Shown: one piece after another, positions 47,851 to 58,654 of the stretch
Layout of the letters: each line of letters starts with the position of its first letter
Numbering within the stretch: position 1 is the stretch's first letter
Assembly (NCBI GenBank): GCA_963666215.2
Contig: CAXWPL010000001.1
Coordinates: 288,001-352,000, forward strand
Length of the DNA stretch: 64,000 nucleotides
Direction: 5' to 3'
Source: Acidobacteriota bacterium
Lineage (GTDB): Bacteria; Acidobacteriota; UBA890; WLXD01
Translations under genes and position numbers: made by a program
Notes under the pieces: model-generated
The model's database searches: none
Seen by the model: only the letters and a program-made list of their open reading frames with translations
Told to the model about the DNA's origin: nothing

Positions 47851-48893
47851 TGTGAGTTCTAGGTAGGTTGTTCACGAACTCACCCCTGAGAGCCGAGCGA
47901 TCGGCGGTGTCATGCCGATGCCGGCGTGGGGGCGGTGACGATTGTAGTGGTTGAGCCAGGGCCGTAGAGCTCGAGTACGTCGAGCTGAGGTCTGGTAGCA
48001 GGTGCCGTAGGCCCACTGCTCCTTGAGTGTGCGGATGAAGCGTTCGGCTTTGCCGTTGGTTCTGGGGGTGTAGGGCCGGGTGTAAATGTGCCGGATCTCG
48101 AGTTGATGGCATAGGCGATTGAAGCGCTTCGAGACGTAGCCAGGCCCGTTGTCTGTCATCACTCGGCGCACCGCTACTCCCATCGAAGCGAAGTGCTCGA
48201 CGGCTCGCTGCAGGAACGCTGTGCAGGTGTGTTGGTCTTCGGCGGGCAGCACTTCGACGTACGCCACCCGAGAGTGATCGTCGATAGCGACGTGGGCGTT
48301 CTCCCAGCCGACGCCGTAGGCCCGCTTGGAGCGGTCGCCGTGGATGCGGTGTCCAGGTCGCCGGATACGGGCCAGTTTCTTCGTATCCAGGTGCAGTAGG
48401 TCACCGGGGTGCTCGTACTCGTAGCGAACGATCTCGGGCTTGGGCTCGAGCGCATCAAGCTTGGCGAGTCCGAGCCGCTTCAGCCACGCCGAGACGGTCG
48501 AGCGCGGCACAGCCAACCTTCGGCTGATCTGCCAGGCCGTCAGTCGCCGCCGACGTAGCTTGTCGATCTGCCTCACAACTCCAGCGCTTGTTGCGTGCGG
48601 ACAGCACGTCGGCCGGCTTGATCGATCGAGCAGCCCGGCCTCACCTTCTCGCTCGTATCTATCCAGCCACTTGTAAACCGTTCGAGCCGACACGCCGAGC
48701 GCCGCCGCCGTTTCCGTCACGGGCTCCGCCCGCTCCCGGACTCGGCGGACCATCTCTCGGCGTATATACGGCGTCGTGCGGGCGTTACCATGCAGCTGCA
48801 TCGGGCACTCCTTCTGAGGTCGTGGAGTCTTTTGAACAACCCCATTGATCTCAGAAGTGAGCCCCGATGTGAACAACCTACTTAGAAAACACA
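47851..48893. mobile_element. IS481-family insertion sequence
   Basis: TGT..ACA ends and 25-bp IRs matching 22/25. Flanks GCTAGA/GCTAGT fit the NCTAGN target. Confidence 0.93.
47872..48801 (-). CDS. IS481 family transposase
   Basis: MQLHGNARTT, LHLDTKKL, IDDHSR, MTDNG, TNGKAERFI. Confidence 0.95.
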   Translation of the reverse strand: MQLHGNARTTPYIRREMVRRVRERAEPVTETAAALGVSARTVYKWLDRYEREGEAGLLDRSSRPTCCPHATSAGVVRQIDKLRRRRLTAWQISRRLAVPRSTVSAWLKRLGLAKLDALEPKPEIVRYEYEHPGDLLHLDTKKLARIRRPGHRIHGDRSKRAYGVGWENAHVAIDDHSRVAYVEVLPAEDQHTCTAFLQRAVEHFASMGVAVRRVMTDNGPGYVSKRFNRLCHQLEIRHIYTRPYTPRTNGKAERFIRTLKEQWAYGTCYQTSARRTRALRPWLNHYNRHRPHAGIGMTPPIARLSGVSS

Positions 48894-49027
48894 GCTAGTC
48901 AGGTTGTGGCAAAGAGGCAAACGGCGCTCTAGTCTAACGCTCGCCGAGAGTCGCGTGATGGCGGCGGAAGCTCGGCGCAAGATTCGCGCGGTCATCGCAA
49001 ACACCGAGTCCAGGGCATCCGCAAACC

Positions 49028-50674
49028 ATGGAAACTCCGCTACTTGTCGACGACTTCTTACAGCGTGCGGCGCGGGTGTATTCCGACAAGATCGCGATCG
49101 TCGACGGCTCGCTGCGGCTGAGCTACGCCGACTTCGAGCGCCGTGTGAACCAGCTGTCGCACGCGTTGACCGGCCTCGGGATCGGCAGGGGTGACCGCGT
49201 ATGCATCCTCAGTCCGAACTCGCACCACTTTCTCGAGAGCTTCTACGGCACGGCGCAGATCGGCGTCATCCTGGTACCGCTCAACTACAGGCTCGTGGCC
49301 GAGGACCATCGCTACATCCTCGATCACGCGGGCGTAAAGGCAGTCCTTGTGGACGACGAGTACACCGATGTTGTCGACTCGATTCGAGAACATCTCGACG
49401 CGGTCGAGCATTGGATCGTCGCGCGTCACGCCGCCAGCTCGGCTCGCGAGGCCGATCAGGACGACCCACCGGACTCCGAGTGGAGCGCCCCCGATGGCTG
49501 GGTCGACTGGGAGGAGCTCATCGCTGACCTTCCGCAGACGCCGCCCGACAGGCCGGAGCGCAGCGAGAACGACGTCGTTTCGATCAACTACACCTCGGGG
49601 ACGACGGCGCGGCCGAAGGGCGTGATGCTTACCCACCGCAATTGCTACATCAACGCGTACAGCCTCATCGCGCATCTGCGTGTGGCGCACGACGACGTCG
49701 AGCTCTGGACGCTGCCGATGTTCCACTGCAACGGCTGGGGCGGCGTGTACGCGCTCACCGGGATGGGCGGCACACACGTCGTGCTGCGAACCATCGACGG
49801 CGAGCGGATTTTCGATCTCATCGAGCACGAGAAGGTCACGTTCGCCTGCATGGCGCCGACGGTGTTGCGGGTGATCCTCGACTATCCCGACAAGCAACGG
49901 CACGCCATCACCACGCGGCCGCGCTTCACGCTGGCGGGCGCACCACCTCCAGCGGCATACATCGAGCGTGTGGAGGACGAGCTCGGCTGGGAGTTTCTGC
50001 AGATCTACGGGCTCACGGAAACCGCACCGTTTGTCACGTCGTCACAGGTCGATCACGCCACCCAAGCGAGCGACTACGCGCGGCGATCGCGAGCCGGGGT
50101 GCCCGGCATCGGCGTCGACGTGGTGTTGCTCGACGACGACGACAACCCCGTGCCGCGCGATGGCCAGACGGTCGGCGAGATTTGTGTGTGCTCCAACGTC
50201 GTCTTCAAGGGCTACTGGAAACAACCCGAGGAAACCGCGAGAGTCGTTCGCGACGGCTACTTCCATACTGGCGATCTCGCGGTGTGGGACGCCGGCTACA
50301 ACGTCCATGTCGTCGATCGCAAGAAGGACGTGATCATCTCGGGAGGCGAAAACGTCAGCTCGCCGGAGGTCGAAGACGTGCTCTACCAGCACCCGAACGT
50401 CCTGGAGTGCGCGGTGATCGGAGTGCCGCACGAAAAGTGGGGCGAAACCCCCAAGGCGCTGGTGGTTCTTCGAGAAGGAGCGGCGAGCGGCAACGAGCCT
50501 GACCTCACTACCGAGGACGAGCTGCTCGAATTCGCCCGCGAGCGGCTAGCCCATTTCAAGTGTCCGACATCGGTCGAGTTCGTAGAAGCGCTGCCGCGAA
50601 CCGCCACCGGGAAGCTTCAAAAGTACCGGCTACGCGAGGCGTATTGGAAAGGCCACGATCGGCGGGTGAGTTAG
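49028..50674 (+). CDS. Fatty-acid--CoA ligase (AMP-binding)
   Basis: YTSGTTARPKG, YGLTE, FHTGD, DRKKDVIISGGEN, TATGKLQK. Confidence 0.93.
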   Translation: METPLLVDDFLQRAARVYSDKIAIVDGSLRLSYADFERRVNQLSHALTGLGIGRGDRVCILSPNSHHFLESFYGTAQIGVILVPLNYRLVAEDHRYILDHAGVKAVLVDDEYTDVVDSIREHLDAVEHWIVARHAASSAREADQDDPPDSEWSAPDGWVDWEELIADLPQTPPDRPERSENDVVSINYTSGTTARPKGVMLTHRNCYINAYSLIAHLRVAHDDVELWTLPMFHCNGWGGVYALTGMGGTHVVLRTIDGERIFDLIEHEKVTFACMAPTVLRVILDYPDKQRHAITTRPRFTLAGAPPPAAYIERVEDELGWEFLQIYGLTETAPFVTSSQVDHATQASDYARRSRAGVPGIGVDVVLLDDDDNPVPRDGQTVGEICVCSNVVFKGYWKQPEETARVVRDGYFHTGDLAVWDAGYNVHVVDRKKDVIISGGENVSSPEVEDVLYQHPNVLECAVIGVPHEKWGETPKALVVLREGAASGNEPDLTTEDELLEFARERLAHFKCPTSVEFVEALPRTATGKLQKYRLREAYWKGHDRRVS

Positions 50675-50688
50675 CACCTTCTAATCCG

Positions 50689-52521
50689 CTAGTCGCGCAG
50701 CCGGCCGTAAAGGAATCCCGCACAGGCAATGGCTATCGCGGCGCCGAACGCCGCTGTTCCGTGCCGGTGGGCAACGAGATACATCGGCGACAGGTAGAGC
50801 GCCGTGATGCCGACGATCGCCAACAGAGTATTGAGGGCAACGGCTCCCGCCCGGCGGTCGTCGTCCGCCATTTCCACGTTGCGCGTGTTGTGTCCGCCGT
50901 CGTTCGTGGCCGTGGTCATGGGGGCGGCGACCGCCTGTTTGACCTCCGACCAAGCACCGAACGGCCGCACCGTCCGGTAGAAATCGGCGAGCACGCCAGA
51001 GTCGGTTGGCGGCGTAGCGAACGTCCCGACCAGGCAACCCAGCACCGACCCGAAGCAAACCACCGGAAACACGACGTAGAGCGGTAGCTCCGGCGACACC
51101 AGCCCGATCAGCGACAATCCGATGCCGCCGGCTACACCCCAGGCGTAGCCCCAGCCGTTGAGTCGCCACCAGTACCAGCGCAGGACGTTCGGAATGATGA
51201 CTCCGGCCCCCAGCGCCATCATCATCCAGTTCCACACCCCGGCAATGGAGTCGACGCTGAATCCGATCGCAACGCCAACCAGCACCACACCGACGGTCGA
51301 GATCTTGCTGATCCGAATGAGGTGTTGCTCCGACGCATCCGGGGCGACCAGCGGCTGCCACAAATCCCGCACTACGAAGGACGCACCAGCGTTGACGGTG
51401 GAGCTGAAAGTCGACATGAACGCAGCCAGGAGCCCCGCGATCACAACGCCGCGCACTCCGGGCGGCAGGTAGAGGCGCAGCACTTCGGGCATCACGAGCT
51501 CCGGATCGCCGGCGGCCACCAGACCGGTTGCCGCGAGCAGGGCGATGCCCATCACCATTCCCCAGCGCAGCACCAGAAAGAACGGCCAAGCGGCGGCCAC
51601 CTTCGTGGCCTCCCTCGAGTCCCGACTCGCCAGGTAGCGCTGGAAATCGTAGAGCTGCGCCGGACCGCCGGCGTTCATCAGCAAGCCTTTGGCCACCCAG
51701 ACGATGGTCAGAAGGCCGAACATCTCGAACGCAGCGGTGCTCGGGTCGCCGGCAAGATCGGCGCGGCGCCAGACCGGCGCCAATCGAAAGAAGCCTTCCG
51801 AGGTGTGGCTGGCGATCAGCTCAGGCGTGAGATTAACGTAGGCAATGCCCATGATCAGCACCGACGCGAGCGAAAGCACAACCGCCTGAATGACGTCCGT
51901 TACGACGACGCCGTAGAGGCCGCCTGAGACGACGTATGTCGTTGTCAGGGCGAGGATCGTTACGGCGAGCACCGCCGGCTGATTCGCCAACAACCAGACG
52001 GCGGTGCCATCGGGTAGTCGCAGCGGCATCATCGCGACGATCCCGTCGAGCGGCAAGTAAACCGACGCGAACTTGCCAATGCCTTGGAATGCGTAGCCGA
52101 CGGCTGCCGCGGAATAGATCACCGCGGTGGCGGCGTACGCGGTACGTGCCGCCGCCCCTTCGCGCCCCTGGCCGAATCGCGTGGTCATCCACTCGGCCGC
52201 GGTCATGACGTTCGACCGCCGGACCCATCGAGCCATGTGCGTCAGCGCGAAGGCGGGCAACGCCACGCCCCACATCCAGTGATGCCACCACGACTGCATT
52301 CCTACAACGAGCAACACCGAGACCATCCACATGGTTCCGGTGATGTCGAAGTTCGACACGGCGCCGGAAGCCGACAGCGCCAGCCAGTGGATGCGTCGAC
52401 CACCCAGGAAGTAGGCGTCGAGGCCGGCCTGAGCTCGCCGACGGAACCAGAGGCCACAGCCCACGACGAGCGCGAAGTAGGCCGCGATCGCGACCCAATC
52501 TACCGGCGCGAGCCGACTCAT
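50689..52521 (-). CDS. Sodium:solute symporter
   Basis: YFLGGR, GLYGVVVTD, QRYL, GLLAAFMST and many TMs. Confidence 0.9.
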   Translation of the reverse strand: MSRLAPVDWVAIAAYFALVVGCGLWFRRRAQAGLDAYFLGGRRIHWLALSASGAVSNFDITGTMWMVSVLLVVGMQSWWHHWMWGVALPAFALTHMARWVRRSNVMTAAEWMTTRFGQGREGAAARTAYAATAVIYSAAAVGYAFQGIGKFASVYLPLDGIVAMMPLRLPDGTAVWLLANQPAVLAVTILALTTTYVVSGGLYGVVVTDVIQAVVLSLASVLIMGIAYVNLTPELIASHTSEGFFRLAPVWRRADLAGDPSTAAFEMFGLLTIVWVAKGLLMNAGGPAQLYDFQRYLASRDSREATKVAAAWPFFLVLRWGMVMGIALLAATGLVAAGDPELVMPEVLRLYLPPGVRGVVIAGLLAAFMSTFSSTVNAGASFVVRDLWQPLVAPDASEQHLIRISKISTVGVVLVGVAIGFSVDSIAGVWNWMMMALGAGVIIPNVLRWYWWRLNGWGYAWGVAGGIGLSLIGLVSPELPLYVVFPVVCFGSVLGCLVGTFATPPTDSGVLADFYRTVRPFGAWSEVKQAVAAPMTTATNDGGHNTRNVEMADDDRRAGAVALNTLLAIVGITALYLSPMYLVAHRHGTAAFGAAIAIACAGFLYGRLRD

Positions 52522-54473
52522 CGAACGGCTGCCTTGATGGTTGCGGAGACCTCGTCGGGCGCGAGGGCCGAGGCAGGCCGAACGATGTACGGGCCGACCG
52601 CCGCGGGAACAACGAACACCTCGGCATAGCCTGCTCGGAAAGGCTCGAAGGCGCCGCTCGGGCTCTCGACCACCACCGGCCCGCCCTCTACGACGGCGAG
52701 CACATCCACGCTACCGCCCGTGTCGTGTTCAACGGCACGAGTGAACCAGTGCCGGCGGGTCTCGATGAACTGCGACTCGTGCAGCCCCGTACGCTCTTCG
52801 CGAACGCCCGGAGAGTCGGGCAGAACCTCGACGCGATCGAGCGCTTCCCGCGCGGCCCAATCGCGGTTGTGCTCCCAACGCAGATTCGCCAGCCCACGCT
52901 CCAGGTGAATTGGCCGCGGGCGGCCGTCGAGCCCCACCCGACCCCAGTCCCATAGCTTGAAGGTGAAAATGTATGGCGTGGCGCTGATCTCGAGCACCAT
53001 GCTATTGCGGCCCTGGCAGTGAATCGTCCCCGCCGGAATCGAGACGTGGTCGTGCTTGCGCACAGGCCAAACGCAGACATGCCGCTCGGCCTCGAACTCC
53101 GTCCCGTCCGTCCCCTCCTTCCCAGGTTCGTGGGCCGCGCGCAAATCGCGCTCCAGCAGAGCCGGATCTGCGCCGTTGCGCAGCCCGAGAACCATCTCGG
53201 CGCCTGGTTCCGCGTCGAGAAAATAGTAGCTCTCGTCCTGCGTGTAGGTGAGGCCGAAGTGCTCCCGCGCGTACTCCGCAGTGGGATGAACCTGCAGGCT
53301 GAGATTGCCACCGCCCATCGTATCGAGCAGATCGAAGCGGATAGGAAACTCGCCGAAGCGCTCGTAGACGTCCCGGCCGATAAGGGCCTCGGGTTCCAGG
53401 AGCACGAGATTGATTGCCGGAGTCTCCAGCGTCACGTCGCCGAACTGAAGCAGTAGCGAGTTCTCCTCGGGCACGCAGTTGAAACACCAGGCGTAGTTCG
53501 GGGGTCGAGCGTCGGCGGGACGGTGGTCGTCGAGACCGCAGACTCGGCGCATCCACTGACCACCCCAGGGGCCCGGATCGAAGAATGGCACCACGCTGAA
53601 CGGTTGCTTCACCACCTGCGACAGGGCCGCGCGATACGCGTCGCCGGTGACGAGCCGCGGCTCTCCGGGGCGCGTGGTGTCGAGCACGAAGTCGCAGGTG
53701 GGCAGAAACGTTTGCTTGTGGCAGTCGCAGGCTCGCCAGTCGACGAAGAACGCCCGTTTGTACTGAGCTGCGGCGGGTGCGGCTCGATCTTCCGAGCCGA
53801 GGTTGGCGATCTCGTTGCGCCGGAAGCGCAGCTGGTGCTCCCAGCGCGGCATGTCGGCATAGATCGTCACGCAGCGATCTCCAGCGAGGTCGTGTGCCGA
53901 GGGCGCGTGGCTACTGCGAACGGCTGAGGACAGCGCTCCGGCGGACCCGGCAACAAACGCGGCGCCGACCCCCAAGAGAAGAACCGCCCTGGGGCGCGAC
54001 TCGGACCCCTCGGCGCCCGGCGCGTCGGGTTCGCAGCGCATCGCGCGATGAATCGCCGTTCGTAGAGCTGCCAGTCGATCGGGTTCGAAAAAGTCCTCGA
54101 GCTCGAGGTCGGTCAGCCGACCAAACACCGGATCGTCGCCAGGATCAGGGGTGAGATCAGGAGCTACGAGCGCGTCGATCGCCTCGGCAGATCGCAGCGC
54201 GTCTCTGGTGCGAAACACCGGGACGGCCTCCCGTCCGCCGCTCAGGGCGAGCGCATGGCGCAGCTCCTCACAGTCGCCGATCTCGTCCTCGAACACGCCA
54301 GTATGGCAATCGACCACGACAAGCCGCGCTCGCCCACCGTCTTGCGCCGCCGCCTTCACTGCGTCGGCGATGGCGCGGGCCACCGCGCTCCAGCCCTGCC
54401 GGGCGACGTCGACCCCATCCATGTCGACCACCACGGATGGGCTGCGATTGAAGTGGGACCCGGTGCCGGTCAT
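52518..54473 (-). CDS. Mannose-6-phosphate isomerase class I-like (long form)
   Basis: PGPWGGQW, FDLLDT..NLSLQVHP, QDESYY, PAGTIH, LEIS, RPIH. Confidence 0.85.
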   Translation of the reverse strand: MTGTGSHFNRSPSVVVDMDGVDVARQGWSAVARAIADAVKAAAQDGGRARLVVVDCHTGVFEDEIGDCEELRHALALSGGREAVPVFRTRDALRSAEAIDALVAPDLTPDPGDDPVFGRLTDLELEDFFEPDRLAALRTAIHRAMRCEPDAPGAEGSESRPRAVLLLGVGAAFVAGSAGALSSAVRSSHAPSAHDLAGDRCVTIYADMPRWEHQLRFRRNEIANLGSEDRAAPAAAQYKRAFFVDWRACDCHKQTFLPTCDFVLDTTRPGEPRLVTGDAYRAALSQVVKQPFSVVPFFDPGPWGGQWMRRVCGLDDHRPADARPPNYAWCFNCVPEENSLLLQFGDVTLETPAINLVLLEPEALIGRDVYERFGEFPIRFDLLDTMGGGNLSLQVHPTAEYAREHFGLTYTQDESYYFLDAEPGAEMVLGLRNGADPALLERDLRAAHEPGKEGTDGTEFEAERHVCVWPVRKHDHVSIPAGTIHCQGRNSMVLEISATPYIFTFKLWDWGRVGLDGRPRPIHLERGLANLRWEHNRDWAAREALDRVEVLPDSPGVREERTGLHESQFIETRRHWFTRAVEHDTGGSVDVLAVVEGGPVVVESPSGAFEPFRAGYAEVFVVPAAVGPYIVRPASALAPDEVSATIKAAVR

Positions 54474-54498
54474 CGCACCACGACGGTGGGCGGTGCCG

Positions 54499-55488
54499 TC
54501 ACTGCGCGGTCGAGTCAAACTGGGACGCCAGCCCCACCAGGGCCGCCGTCTCCCCGAGATCAGCGGGAACAATCTCGAGTGGCGATGCAGCCGTAGAGCG
54601 CCAGGCGTGCGCGCCCACGTAGTCGCGGACGGCCGGCAAGATCTTGTCGGCGCTGCCCATGGCGCCGCCTCCAAGAATCACGATCTCCGGGTCGTAGGCA
54701 TGCACGAGGTTGACGACCGCGGCGCCCCAGCCTCGCAGGACGCGAGCGCGAATCGCCGCTCGCTGGGCGGATGCGGCGCCTGTGATGGCTGGGGTGTCGG
54801 TTTCCGGGTCGAACTCGGTTCCGCCTGCACCGACCGCAACGACACCGGGGGCGGACTCTGAGAACAACCATTGGAGATCGGCGTGGTCGCCAAGCTCGCG
54901 CCGCAACGCCCAGGTAGAGGCGTGGGTTTCAACGCAGCCGACGTTGGTACACAGGCACGGGTCGCCGTCGACGTCGATCGTGAAGTGACCGCCGAGATTG
55001 CCGGCGGCCCCGTTGGCACCGCGCAGCGGCTTGCCGTCGAGGATCACGGCGCAGCCGACGCCGGTGCCGAGAGTCAGCATGGCGACGTTGTCAACGCCTC
55101 GACCGGCTCCATGCCGCCACTCGCCCAGCAGCGCGGCGCGGGCGTCGTTTTCCATCAACAACGGTAGCCCGAGCTCGTCGCGACTCCAGCCAACGAGATC
55201 GAGCTCGGCGGCGTCGGGATACTTCGTAAGCCGCGAGACCACGCGGCGCCGTTCAACGTCCAGCAGGCAAGGCAGCGCCATGCCAACGCCAACGACGTGC
55301 TTCTGGCTTACTCCTGCGGATTCGCACAGCGCCGCCAGCGAAGCGACCAGCGTCGGCAGGCTTCGAGCTAGACCTCTTCCGGCCTCGGCGGGCACCCGCC
55401 GTGCTGCAAGCACCTCGGCGCTGTCGACCGCACGGACCAAACCGAGCTTGATGGTCGTGCCGCCGAGATCAATCGAGTAGACAAGCAT
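54499..55488 (-). CDS. ROK family sugar kinase
   Basis: IDLGGT, ENDARAA..GE, LGTGVG, GH..CLCTNVGCVE. Confidence 0.9.
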   Translation of the reverse strand: MLVYSIDLGGTTIKLGLVRAVDSAEVLAARRVPAEAGRGLARSLPTLVASLAALCESAGVSQKHVVGVGMALPCLLDVERRRVVSRLTKYPDAAELDLVGWSRDELGLPLLMENDARAALLGEWRHGAGRGVDNVAMLTLGTGVGCAVILDGKPLRGANGAAGNLGGHFTIDVDGDPCLCTNVGCVETHASTWALRRELGDHADLQWLFSESAPGVVAVGAGGTEFDPETDTPAITGAASAQRAAIRARVLRGWGAAVVNLVHAYDPEIVILGGGAMGSADKILPAVRDYVGAHAWRSTAASPLEIVPADLGETAALVGLASQFDSTAQ

Positions 55489-55539
55489 TGGCGCAGGATA
55501 CCGTCCGAAGGGCTGGCGCAAATTCTTTCTCGAATGATC

Positions 55540-55568
55540 TTGACTGATCAGTCCATGTTAGCTACAGT
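55540..55568 (+). promoter_or_regulatory. sigma70-like promoter TTGACT-N17-TACAGT overlapping the palindrome GACTGATCAGTC (putative TetR operator)
   Basis: Perfect 12-bp palindrome at 55542-55553. The -10 box ends 7 nt before ATG 55576. Confidence 0.7.
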
Positions 55569-55575
55569 CGCCGCC

Positions 55576-56175
55576 ATGGCAATCACACGACCCGGACCCG
55601 ACAAACAATTCGACCGCGACCAGGCCCTGGGCGCGGCGCTCGGCCTTTTCTGGAAACAGGGCTACGAAGCCACCGGTATCAGCGAGCTCCTCGACGCCAT
55701 GGGCATCGGACGCCAGAGCATGTACAACACGTTCGGCAACAAACGAGCCCTGTTTCTCGAAGCGCTGGGCTCCTACCTCGATCGACTCGGTGGACGCGTG
55801 TTCGCGCAGCTGCGTGCCCCGGGATCGCCGCTCGACAACGTCGAGAAGGTGTTCGGGATCTGGGAGGAGATGGCGGACGAGCATTGCGATAGTGGTTGCC
55901 TGCTCGGCAACACCGTCCTGGAGCTCGGACCGCGCGACCCGGAAATCGCGACCGCGATGCAAACCGCCATCGGCGCCCTGCGGCGTGAGTTCGCGAACGT
56001 CTTCCAGCGCGCTCAGGAGGCCGGCGAGCTCAACAGCGAGCTCGACCCCGAGGACCTCGCCCACCTGGTGGCTGCCACCGGACAAGGCGCGGCTCTTCTC
56101 ACCAAAGCCTATGGATCCCCCGAAGTTGGCAAGAGCGTTCTTCGCAGTCTTTCGAAACTCTTGAGAGGCACCTGA
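55576..56175 (+). CDS. TetR/AcrR family regulator
   Basis: RPGPDKQFD, FWKQGYEAT, MGIGRQSMYNTFGNK, GCLLGN. Confidence 0.93.
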   Translation: MAITRPGPDKQFDRDQALGAALGLFWKQGYEATGISELLDAMGIGRQSMYNTFGNKRALFLEALGSYLDRLGGRVFAQLRAPGSPLDNVEKVFGIWEEMADEHCDSGCLLGNTVLELGPRDPEIATAMQTAIGALRREFANVFQRAQEAGELNSELDPEDLAHLVAATGQGAALLTKAYGSPEVGKSVLRSLSKLLRGT

Positions 56176-56215
56176 GCGATGCAGCCCGTCGCGCCTGATT
56201 TTTTTTGTACCGAAC

Positions 56216-56233
56216 GTGGATTGATCAGTCCAC
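56216..56233. promoter_or_regulatory. Second putative TetR operator GTGGATTGATCAGTCCAC
   Basis: 18-bp palindrome with one mismatch, sharing the TGATCAGTCCA core with 55542. Lies upstream of the MMPL gene. Confidence 0.7.
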
Positions 56234-56312
56234 ATTGTGGAACCTCGAACATTCCGCCCACAGACCGACACGCTACTCTCATCCTCGCAACCATTCGATC
56301 CGGAGAAAGCTC

Positions 56313-58654
56313 GTGAGCCCCGATCAGTACAACCTCAGCGACCGATTTGCCGTTCGCCTCAGCGACCTCGTCACCGGCAGGCCCTGGCTGGCGATCATCG
56401 CATCGCTGGTTCTGGTTGTTGCCGCCTCCAGCGGCGCCCGTTTTCTGGATTTCTCGAACAACTACCGCGTGTTCTTCAGCCCCGAGAACCCCGACCTGCT
56501 GGCGTTCGAGGAGTTCCAGAACACCTACACCAAGAACGACAACATTCTGTTCATCGTCCAGTCGGGCGCCGAACAGGGCGACGTGTTCGACGCCGATCTT
56601 GCCAGCGACCTCGAGTGGCTCACGGCTGAGGCGTGGCAGATTCCGTACGCGATCCGGGTCGACTCGGTGACGAATTTCCAGCACTCCTGGGCCGACGGCG
56701 ACGACCTCACGGTCGAGGACCTGGTCCGCGACGCCGAATCTCTCGGGCAGGCCGAGCTCGAGCGGCGACGCGCGATCGCGTTGGCCGAGCCACTGCTGCG
56801 CGGCAATCTGATTTCGCCCGACGCCCGTACGACCGGCGTCAATGTCACGCTGCAGTACCCCGAGGAGAGCCTCACCGAGGTGCCTCGAGCGGTGGGACAC
56901 GCACGCGACCTAGCGCGCCAGCTGCGCGAGCGGCAGCCCGGCGCGACAGTGGCGCTCAGCGGCGTGTCGATGCTCAACAACGCCTTCGCCGAGGCGGGCC
57001 AAACCGACGCCATGACGCTCTTGCCGGGCATGTTCGCCGTTCTCGTGGTCTTCATGTCTCTGGTGCTGCGAAGCTTCGCGGGCACCACCGGGACGGTGCT
57101 GGTGATCGCGTTCGCGGCGCTGAGCGCCCTGGGGCTCGCGGGCCACGCCGGCATGCGCCTCGACCCGATCTCGCTGACCGCGCCGATCATCATCATGACG
57201 CTCGGGATCGCCGACAGTGTCCATATCTTGATCACGGTCCTGACGCTCATGCGCCGCGGCAGCGAGAAGGCAGCGGCGATCCGCGAGAGCCTGCGCACCA
57301 ACTTCATGCCGGTATTCGTCACGAGCCTGACGACGATCATCGGCTTCTTGTGCCTGAATTTCTCCGATTCGCCACCCTTCTGGTACCTCGGCAACATCAC
57401 CGCGATGGGTATCTCCGCGGCTTTCCTCTACTCGGTGGTGTTCCTCCCGGCGTTCCTCACCGTGGTCCCGCTCAAGGTCCGACGGGCGAAAGAAGGCAAC
57501 CAGGCACCGCGCGCACTGATGCAGTCTCCGATTGGGTCATCACGCGCTACCGGCCGGTCGCGCTCGTCATCGGCACGGCCACCATCGTGCTCGTCACGAT
57601 GATCCCGACAATCGATCTGAACGACGAGTTCGTGAAGTACTTCGACTATCGCATCCCGTTCCGAGGCGATGCGGAGTGGGGCATGGAGCACCTCAACGGC
57701 ATCTACCTCGTCGAGTTCTCGGTGGAGGCCGAGTCGGAGGGTGGTATCAGCAACCCCGCCTACCTGCGTGATCTCGATCGGTTCACCGCGTGGCTGCGCG
57801 AGCAACCCGAAGTTACCCATGCATTCAGCTACACCGATGTCGTCAAGCGCCTCAACAAGAACATGCACGGCGACGACGAGGTTTGGTACACGGTCCCTGA
57901 GACTCGCGAGATGGCCGCGCAGTACCTGCTGCTCTACGAGCTCTCGTTGCCCTACGGCCTCGACCTCAACGACCGCATCAGCATTGACAAGTCGGCCACA
58001 CGGGTTACGGCCAGCCTCGGCAACCTTTCCACAGGGGAGATCCGCAGCGTTTTCGAGCGTGCCGAGGCCTGGCTACGCGCCGAAGCTCAGGAATCGATGT
58101 GGGCCGACGCCACCAGCGCCAGCGTAATGTTTGCGCGCATTTCCGAACGCAACATCCGCAGCATGCTGCGCGGCAACGCGGTGGCGATCGTGCTGATCTC
58201 GATTGTTCTGATGATCACCCTGCGCAGCATCGGCATCGGCGTTCTGAGCCTGATTCCCAACGCCATCCCGATCCTCATGACGTTCGGGCTGTGGGCGATT
58301 CTCGTTCGACAGGTGGGAATGGCGGCGGCGACGGTGTCGGCCACTTCTCTGGGCATCGTCGTCGACGACACCGTTCACTTCCTGGCCAAGTACCTGCGCG
58401 CCCGGCGGGAGAACGGCTACGATCGGCCGGCAGCGATCCGCTACGCGTTCGAGATGGTGGGCACGGCGCTTGTCAGCACCACCGTGATTCTTTCCTTCGG
58501 ATTCGCCGTGCTGGCGCTGTCGTCGTTCCGCATCAACGCCCAGATGGGACTGCTGACGATGATGGCCATCGTGCTGGCCCTCGCCACCGACCTGCTTCTG
58601 CTTCCCGCACTTCTAATGATCGGCCACCGATCCCCCGACGAGGAGACCGTCACC
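56313..58654 (+). CDS. MMPL/RND family transporter, frameshift near 57518; no stop before the next module
   Basis: Two RND halves (GIADSVH, TSLTTIIGF; GIVVDDTVHF) spread across ORFs 56205-57602 and 56633-59122. Confidence 0.85.

Noticed and set aside
47845-48899. IS481 flank mismatch (GCTAGA vs GCTAGT) as evidence of rearrangement
   Set aside because: One mismatch around a CTAG target is too weak; it could be a 5-bp duplication or a boundary ambiguity.
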